64,000 bases of DNA from Lingula anatina (taxonomy: Eukaryota; Animalia; Brachiopoda): contig CM120646.1 of the NCBI GenBank assembly GCA_051362555.1, forward strand, positions 6,572,001 to 6,636,000. The letters are read 5' to 3'. A program made the translations under genes and the position numbers. Below the pieces are notes generated by a model. The model did not search any database and was not told the origin of the DNA. It saw only the letters and a program-made list of their open reading frames with translations. Position 1 is the stretch's first letter; every line of letters starts with the position of its first letter. Shown here piece after piece: positions 54,511 to 64,000 of this stretch.

Positions 54511-55458
54511 GACAATGGTATATATAATATAATACTATTGCATTTATTAACGTGGCGTGTTTCTAAAATATTAAGCAAATACAACATCTGTAAAGCACAT
54601 AGAAAGAACACCAGAAGCACGAACAACTTATATATGGCACAGGTAAGCAGATGAATTTATGACACTTGACTATTTTGCTAGGTATGAAAGGTACATTTGA
54701 CACAGGTTTTGGTACCCGATGTAAGGCGTTTTTTCATTCATCCGGTTGTTTAATGTTTCTATATAATTAATCTCGATAAAATAATAAGCATACATAGATC
54801 ATTGTTGAACACTGATGAGCATTCACTTTTGATTTAACCAGGGGAATTTTCTGCAGTATTCTCCATGTAAAATTGTGGCGCCTAGGGCTAAATGTGTGAG
54901 TTTATAGCTTAAAAAATGCATGATTACGCGTCCCGTGTGTAATACGGCAAATTATTAACATAAAAACATGATGAATTAGGTAGGTTGGGACTACGGTGGA
55001 CTGACAGGATTCAGGATTCTGACTGATAAGAGAAGATACATAAACAGACGGGTCTATCGACAAACAAACTGACAGACAGTCAGATGTAAACATGTTGGTC
55101 TAACAAGCGGACAGGCCTACATAAAACTCCCTGCTGACGGACACACAGCCAGATGAAATGACATAAATCTTGAGAGTAAAATATACAGACCAATGAGAGA
55201 GAGAAAGAGAGTGGGGGCGTAAAGATTATTTTGGTAAAATTTATGGAAAATGCCGGTACCTTTTACCAAGAGGCTTATTGTTGAATCGTGGTGAGGACAC
55301 TCGAAGTAACTGTAACTTCTCTATGTCGCTCTGCCCCCCCCCCCTCCCCCCCCTTCATGGGCTTGCTACAGAGGTTCTTCTGAGAACGATTCCTTTCAGG
55401 TTGGCCAACTTTGTTTAAAATTTGTTAAAGAGTAGCCATTGTTAAGGCTGAGTATTTA

Positions 55459-55495
55459 CCCCCCCCCCCCCTCCCCCGCCTCTCTCTCTCTCTCG

Positions 55496-55526
<31 letters not shown>

Positions 55527-55543
55527 GCTCAACTCTTTCTCTC
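55459..55543. repeat. Poly-C plus (CT)n tract
   Basis: Seen directly. Confidence 0.9.
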
Positions 55544-58500
55544 AAATGTACATCGTCACGAAAAGAAGCAGAGAGAGGCATCTATTTACGATCCTCAGCT
55601 CTCTTCAATAGCCCCTTAGCGTGGCAAAACCCACTTGTTATTCCCGGTTAAAAAAGATATATGGGCTGTCTTGGGAGTCTTCTTGTAACTGCGGCCTGAC
55701 CCCGCCCCCCAGGTGTGCTCGTGTCGGGCTGGGAGAACCTGCTCCTACGCTGTGCCAAGGATAGGCCTAACATTCACGTGGGCCTGTCACATAACCAATT
55801 TCTTTCATTTTACCGGCGTTTTTTTTTTCAATAACAGCTCATATTTAAGTGAGTAAATGTGGTTCCGCCCTTACTCCCACACACGTACTCGATGTGGAAT
55901 TTGTGTGATGGAAATTACAAATAGTATATGCTATTGTGACTATAGTTTAATTGGAATGCACACGTACATTATAGTAATAAAACGGCCTACAGTCACAGTG
56001 GCCTACTTGTATATTGTGACGTGCAGAAGTAGGTTTCTGTGCATTAATGTAAACGCTAATGGGCAGAAATAGTTAAGAAAGGATAAGTGAAGAAATACAC
56101 AGATACAAACAAAAATAAATAAGTAAATAGATACATAAATTAATGAATATAAATATGATGATGCCTGGCCGACTAAATGTAAAAAAAATTAACAATTAAC
56201 AAAAATAAAATAAATAAAACATAATTTATCAATTAACATAGATGTCGTGGTTTTCTTAACTTAATCTATAAAATAACACACGAAAAACGCTTCAGTTTCC
56301 AACCCAACCTCTCCACTGACCCAGGTAAAACATTGCCGGCTGAATCAATAACTGCAAGCTTCGCACGCCCCTGGCTATAGTGAACGTGTAGAAAGTTGGC
56401 GGGTCACGTCCGACATCAAAGAACGAGGTCAGGTACGGCTCTGACTGTCAGTAGATAATGCCCAATGAGACGACGATTGCTTTAGATGCAATGCGCACAC
56501 GTGAAGAATCGATGCATCATTGTTGGAGTGCGCACACACCGTGTGTAAGAAACAGGTGAGCTTGCGGGAGGCTTGTATTCGGTGGTAGTATAGGCAAGGT
56601 GATGACGGGGATTTTCTGCTATGACGTGATGTCTGTTTAGTTTTATTACGGAGATTGAGTGTACGAGTTAGTTTGACTGATGCACCGTTGTTGCTATGTC
56701 TGCTCAGTGTATCGAGAATTCTAACTTTTTGAATCTGATTTTTTCCCCTGCTTTCAAGAGTCGTGATATTGTTGCAACGTGCTATGCAATTCGTTTAATA
56801 ATTTTAAGGGTTACTGTGCAGTATACTCGCTGTGTCATGCAGTTGCGGTAAGCCTTCCAAATTTGTGCTGTGGGCTCAAAGATGTCTCTCCGTTGTACTA
56901 GGTTACATAAACTTTATAAAACAATTTGTCAACTGCGTGTCAAGCTGACCGCTAAGTTCGGATTATATAAGAAATGCCGCAACGTGTCTGAAGTAAGATT
57001 ATGCGCACACGCAACCAATGACATTGGAATGATTCCAAGCAACAGTGACATTGATGCAATGACATATATATACAAGAGGTTTGTATTATTAACATAATTA
57101 TTTGGAGATGATTTTTTTTTTGCTTGACAATTGGCTGAAAAGAAGAAAAACTACCTCGGCACGTTGATTTTTTCTTGTTCATCTCATTTTACTAGTAGGT
57201 CTATAGTGCATTGCAAATAGCATCCGATTGGTTTCTTTCCTTTGCATACTGGTATATAAATCATTTATTAATATTACCCGCGAGAGTAAAATAGAATGCA
57301 TCGGTTGGCTCAGTACATAAGGGTTATTCATAGTTCTTGTTCCACTTGTGTGGCCTTTATTCGTTTAATTTACCTACGAGAATAAAGCCCGTGTTAAGTT
57401 AAGGAAAAATGCTGTCTACCCACTGCGGGTAGGGTCCCAAAGGGAATCCCCATTCATCCAACGTGATTGATGTGTTTCATGGTACTCGTATTGTTGGTTA
57501 TTTGGGGACATTCCATTGTGATTTTTAAATGATTTACCTGTTTTCATTTTTTTTTCATTATGTTTATCGTGACCCTTTTTCTTTTCATTTTTTTAATCAT
57601 TTTTGACAATTCTAGTTATGGTTTTAATGTCAGTATAGAGAGCTCCTTTGAGAATGCACAATGTTGGATTGAACTTGGGAAATCGCCATTTTGCAGCAGG
57701 TTCAGATCTAAGTTCATTTTATTTGTTGAAATTTATTGTCATCTTCGTATGTTAAAAGGTAAAATGTTGATGCATTTTAGAAAAAAATGGGTCAGTTATA
57801 ATACGACGGATATTCACTACCGTGTCACACCAGTGTATCACTATCCCTGGAGAGTAGGCTAATTACTTTTTGATGAGGAATACGTAAACATAGTCAACCA
57901 GTGTCAGGACCGTGCATTTCCGCATAGCTCGGAAGCCAGAGATCCACACGCGCCTGTCCATTTATAGAATGTTGATTTGTAAATTTATTTTTTCAAAATG
58001 TATATGAGCAAGGTTATGTATTGCATACGTTTCACTGAAAACCTCCAAACTTCATATTGATTGCAACCTGTGTTTTTGGTCACCTTACAGTAAACATGAT
58101 GTTACTGAATGTAGGTATGAAGTAAAAAAAAACAAACATATAAGTATAGTGCCACGCTTAATACAAAACTGCTTCTCTCTATTATGTCCGATATATCTGT
58201 GCTATGGCTCTACATAGAAAAGCGAGGAAAAAGTGCATCTATATGAAACGACTGATCCCGGATCGTTTTGATAGACGTAATATAGTTAATGGCCAAGTTG
58301 TGTCAAGGTGCGACAATCGATCAAAGGCAGGTCGACCCGAACCATTTATCAAAATTATGCTGACTCGAAAAGTCGGGATTCCTATTAACGCCATGTGTTT
58401 GAATTATTGTCTAACGCAGGAGATTCAGGAGGCTACAGGCCTGTTATTTGCTTAGTGTAGATTTGAAGCGGGATCAAACACTGCAAGGAGATGCCTATAC

Positions 58501-59142
58501 GTATGCAGTATTGCAAGTCTTTGTAGGTGACAATTTTACTTGTTACTTTAGCTTGGCTTCGATCAGCGCAATTAGAAGTGAAACTGAGGTAGTGCATGTT
58601 TAAATGTGTAGGCAGTAATCTGTAATTAAGTAAATTGATTCGTGTTATTTTCAATAAACAAAAGGGACAATCCATGTTAATTTGATTACAAAGGTGATAA
58701 CTGTTAGCACAGGTTCTTCTTTATAACCGCTAATTTCAACATTCCGTTCAATTTTATAAGTTTTTATATTTATCTAGAAACTGTTCACAAAATTCGAGGA
58801 CCTAAGCATAATAAGTGATACAAAAGAAATGGTATGTGGTATGAATGAGGTTTCTACGAAGATTGTGATAGCATCAAATAATAGGTCAACGGATTAATGC
58901 AACCAATTTTTCGGTCATCAGGAGATAGGCACAGACATCGGGCTTTGGCTTCGATGAACCCCTTAATAGCACTTGCCGAGATTAACATGTCTGAGTGTGT
59001 CGGTCAACAAGATTGAAGATTAAAAACAGAGAATGCGCTTGTTATCCAGTGTCCTCCCATTGAAATAAAAGAAATTGTTTAGAGAAAGGTTAGACGCCTT
59101 AATATGTTCTTTATCAAACAATGTTATCTGATTCAGACAAAA

Positions 59143-59200
59143 CTGCCACCTGGTCAAGTCGTCTGAAGTGTTCCAATCCTGACGTATAGATGGCGCTAGT
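59143..59200. promoter_or_regulatory. Divergent pair of CTCF-like motifs
   Basis: Minus strand TGACCAGGTGGCAG (59156-59143) and plus strand CGTATAGATGGCGCTAGT (59183-59200). Each has 1-2 mismatches at the 5' CC. Confidence 0.35.
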
Positions 59201-60110
59201 GTCGTTCGTACACGCCCCGGTAATTAATTTTGACCTACATTTACAATGATGCAGTGACTGTAGCCGACACAAATTGAACAATGAAAAAGTGTAGGGCTCG
59301 TTTTCACGGGAACATCGTGATAAGTGTGGGAAATTAAGTTGATGTTAAACCACTTGTAGGTTACCATCCCAGAATAGGAAGATTGTGCGGGAATAGGAAA
59401 AGGCTGATGTTTGGATGTGTACTTTGTGAATTAAGGATCTAGGGGCCTACCAGTGAAGCAAAGTTCAATATATTTCATTTCCTTTATTTACCCACTTACT
59501 GTTTGTTTTATTGTTTTCATGTATTTTAGAAAAGAGATGAGATTGAGTATGTGACAAATTTTGAAGCAATTGGCACCGCCATATGGCCAGACGATATGCA
59601 TGTAGGCAAAATACTTTTTAAAGGTCTATACGTGGTAAAAAAAACGCCATGAATAAATTTTTTTGCAAAACATTTATTTTAAAGAATGACCTTTTTAACG
59701 AGTTGTTTATGTGGTATTTATTTGAGAAACTTGTACAGTTCTGTTGGCAAATAGTTGTGTATATTTATAACGCTGTATACATGTGTTTATACATATACAT
59801 ATGTTGGCAGATAGACATTCATGTGCAGTGTATAGTGAATCTTGCCAGCTTTAGCATCTCTGTAAATACACATAACATTTTCATTGACTTATCATCGACA
59901 CATGTTTCATTTCAATTATATTTAAATAGACAAATGATACATCAGAGTCACGCATATGTTAAAGAAATTTGATTACGTATTGCTCTATTCTGTTTTATTT
60001 TTCTTTTGAATTTAAACCCAGTAAAAACGTGGCGGAATTTGTGAAATTATTATAGAACAATGTGCTTCTTTTTCTCCTGATATGAAGTAATTAAATGACA
60101 TGAGATTGGA

Positions 60111-60111
60111 T

Positions 60112-60142
<31 letters not shown>
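60111..60142. repeat. (TG)n(CG)n alternating purine-pyrimidine tract
   Basis: Seen directly. Confidence 0.9.
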
Positions 60143-60742
60143 ATGTGTGTGGGGGGGAGGGCAAAAGCTGAAAAGAAAAGACGAAAAAGACTTGTGTTTT
60201 AAAACATTCTCACATCAAATCCGACATCGATTCACATCTGTTCAACTTGCAGAGAAATACCAGCAGGGATTTTTGCCGACCCAAGCGATAAATTATCTGA
60301 CACTGATCTAATTATTTTCAACTCTGCGTCTTAATTACCTCCAATACTGAATTATTATATGTGACAGTCGGAACTAGTCATTAACTATATATGACGGAGT
60401 GCCTTTGCCAATGAAGAATTAGGCATGTTTGCTTCTTTTCAAACATGGATAAATGTTTGGTTTTAGGAAAGATGACACTCTTTCATTTGATAAAACAATT
60501 TGTAGGGGTTAACGCTCGAAGTAGAAATATAACTGATTCAAGACATTTTAAAGTGCGACATAAAAAAAAAACATTTAGGTGTTGTGGTTACAGGCATTTG
60601 TCAACTTTTTGAACTAATGAACACAAAAACTGATGTTCTTCAAACGTTTAGCTGCACTTCCCTGACAGGGTATTTTTATGTTTCGGTATTAAATAATTCA
60701 CCCCCTTTGATGGCGGGGGGGGGGGGGGAATGAAAGGGAGCT

Positions 60743-60750
<8 letters not shown>

Positions 60751-60796
<46 letters not shown>
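60751..60796. repeat. (CT)n microsatellite
   Basis: Seen directly. Confidence 0.95.
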
Positions 60797-60799
<3 letters not shown>

Positions 60800-61315
60800 A
60801 CAAATGCGTAGGGAAGGAACAAGCTTGTTGAAATACCAGATAAAAACCATTTCATGCTATGTGATCGTTACCATGACAACGTATGATTTTTCATTATCAA
60901 ACAATACCGGCTTGTTTCCCCCTGACATTTAATTAAACACTTGTCAATTCCATGCACATCTTCCGCTGACATGATCTTTCATAAACTGTTAATGTTCAAG
61001 ATGGGTCGATAAGAAATATGGTCCTCCGTTACCGACAGGGAAATGCATTTCAATAAAAAAGGGCAAAGGTCCCGGATGCAGTCTTGCTCTGTGAGGCGTC
61101 AGAAGAACAGTGATAATGATTACCACTAAGAAGTCTACACCACTCATTCTTAGTCATTTTCTGGAGACAAGAGACAGCATTATCCTTTTTCCAATGGGGA
61201 TTGAATTAAGTAGACGTTAGATTAATTGTATGCTTTTCATGTTTTAATGGGTGTTAAACACCTGATAAAGACCGAGTTAATTGGTAGATTTCGGTTCGGA
61301 AATATTGCTTTCAAG

Positions 61316-61319
<4 letters not shown>

Positions 61320-61354
<35 letters not shown>
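61320..61354. repeat. (CT)n microsatellite
   Basis: Seen directly. Confidence 0.95.
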
Positions 61355-61357
<3 letters not shown>

Positions 61358-64000
61358 CCTTCCTGCCTCTGTCTCTCAACTTTTCTCCTTTCCTCAATGT
61401 CTTACCGTCTACCGGCCTAAATACCAGAGTTGCGTGTCAAAAGCCATTACAGCTCGTGTCGGTCCCTCCTGTGACCCGCTCTGACAGTTTATGTGACTCC
61501 GATTTACGGTACCAGGTCGGGAGAGGTCGGCAAAGGTCGGAGGATCCAGAGTGTTAATGTAAACGCACACGACATCCCAAGATAACAAAAGTCAAGTTCC
61601 CCAGGTTAACGTGAATACAATACAAAGTCAATCTTCTTCTTAAAAGATATTCTCCAGCAATATTGGTTTATTTTTGTAATTAGCTTTAGAAAAAATAGTC
61701 ATAAATATGTCACAAATCTGTAAAATCCTTTTGTCATTATAAATATATGGGCCTCCGCGCAGGACATTAATTTCATATGTATAAAAAGGTACATTAGAGA
61801 AGCTTAAAGATTCACAGATATGAAACAGGAAATATAATTTTACCAAATAGCTAATACTTTAAGATCAAGACTAAAAAAAAAATCAAACATGATCCTCTTC
61901 ACCCAAACCATAACTTAGTCACTTTTACATATTAGTCAGCAAAGCTAGATGGGGTCATGTGTCAGTAAAATTAATTGGGAAATAAACATGTACAAAAATG
62001 TCGTATGTGATAATTTTTGAAAAGAATATTTGACTTAAAAACGTAAAATATTATAAACAAATTATTATCATTAATATAGACATTTATATACAAAAACAGG
62101 CGATGCCATATGGTTCAAATGCAATATACATTTATTTGTCTTAAAAATTCAAATGTGAAAACACACTTTTCAGTCTGCAGGATTTCATATAAGAAGCGAA
62201 TTAAAAATCGCTTCGATGAACGAGAGGTTCCTAAAGTCGACGTTTTATTGAGAACATATTGACGCATGATAATTCATGAAAACTAATGTCTACTCCAAAG
62301 TATTCATAATACATTCCAAATATTGTATGGGGCAGTTATACCCGATTTTTAATTGATATTTTATAGTTTTTGTCAGGACCAAAATGCATAACTAACTTTT
62401 GATATCCTGAGTCTTTGCGTTTGACATCGTTTAGATAGTATAAATCTGGTATATATATGCATAAGTCATATAACGCAAAGCCTGCCTTTTTTAATACAAA
62501 ACATTTGCTCATTATAGACGACACTTGACATTTCAAGGTAAAGTGTACTTTAAACATAATGTGAACACTGATGTAACTCCGTCACGCTGTCTGGCATTGA
62601 AAAGTTGACGTAAGCCCATTATGTGAACAACGTTCATATTTTCTAATGATCAAAACAATTTTAAGGGATAAAATAACCACAAAAGACTACGTGCATTTAA
62701 CCCAAATTATGACGAGTTACTTCTTGTAGTGTAACGCCAGGTATTTGTAAGTCGCTATATAGTACACCTATGCCAAATAATACACAGATTAGCTAGAACT
62801 CATAACCGTAGTTTTAATGTCGCGAAAGAAGAAAAATATACACACTATGAAAGTTAATTATTGATGTTTTTCCGCCTTTAATAAATCACTGGAATGAATC
62901 AGTGAATAATGTAATCTTAATTCTCTTGTCTTTCTGACCTAATACACAATGGGTTATGACCTCTTGTTGAATTGGAGTGATATATGAATATTAACAGGGA
63001 TATGAATTAAGGGCTGGCCTGTGCCATCTGCTCATGACTGTGTTTCATTTTAATGGATTTCTGAATGTGACTTGAATAGCACAATAAAAAGAGTATTGAC
63101 ATCAGAAATGGGGAGGTATGACAAAATGCCACCTAGTTCTTGTCGATATATTATCTGCTGATAATAAAACAGTCCATTTGTCAGTTATGGTATGGAATGA
63201 ACAGGCTTTGCAATACGTTTACCATCAGTCCTTTGTGAGTTTCGCTTTCTAAATGCGCTATTTTCAAAAGAACATATTTTATATTTTCATTTTTGCATTA
63301 AAACAACTTCCGTGTATGCATACGATTCTCAAAGTGTTAGTAAAATATCATGCTAAATCATATGTCGTGTACCATAGAAGCTAAAAATGTCAACTGCATA
63401 AACAGCTGTATCTAAACCGGAACAAAATTAAGGAAAACTGTGACGTTTTTTTTTTGTATGATGTAACCCTAAATGAATGAGGAATCTAAAAGATTGGGAA
63501 GTTTCATATTCGTAAGGATTTTTTCTCCGTCACCCCTGAAAGCAGATGTCAAATAATAACGATAAATAACAAAAAAACAAAAACAAAAATAAAATAACTA
63601 AATTTAACGCCTATGTTTCGTATTCATAACCCATTCCAACATTTAAGCTTTGATTTTCTATTTATACTTGTGCTTTTAAGCTGTGTTTCGAATTATCTAA
63701 AACATATCTGTGTATTTCTGGACTAAACAAATTGCAAAGTAGAAGACGTGACTGGTCAATGTTCCACCTGTGTACATCCCATTAGAACGATTACAACAAC
63801 AACTTTTTATTGTTGCACATGCCCCATAGTACATTCCAAATGTATTGAGTAAAAAGTACAATAACATTGTTAAGTTGTGAGTCGTTTGTTTCACTTTTGT
63901 GTTTAGTCCCCTTAATTTGCTACTGTCAAAGCTAGACGAGAACAGGCCGTATTCCTATCATACGCCCATCAGTCTGTTCGTTGGTCATGAAGCATCGTCA

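Noticed and set aside
56592-56640. Second AGGCAAGGTG (miR-31-like start)
   Set aside because: Only a 10-nt match, with pairing mostly G-U and bulged.

Overview
AT-rich eukaryotic (animal, probably bilaterian invertebrate) genomic DNA that is almost entirely non-coding. It contains many microsatellites and spliceosomal GT-AG signals. I see no prokaryotic gene architecture, CRISPR array, rRNA or tRNA. None of the listed ORFs is a recognisable protein, and several are microsatellite artefacts. Best-supported elements: a 168-bp MITE with TIRs and a 5-bp TSD (5413-5580), a 45-bp 5'-truncated retroposon tail with a 15-bp TSD (40160-40234), and simple repeats. Inferred from motifs only: a plus-strand spliced, polyadenylated transcript with no long ORF (ZNF143/CRE/TATA promoter near 18000-18105; exons ~18105-18266, 19517-19705, 27825-~28515), a possible divergent minus-strand unit at 11.7-14.1 kb, a divergent miR-31-like hairpin (37837-37890), and scattered CTCF, nuclear-receptor DR1/DR2, TCF and Oct-type motifs. 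The window looks like a regulatory gene desert or large intron with a candidate lncRNA/miRNA-host locus. All transcript models were read by eye and need RNA evidence.
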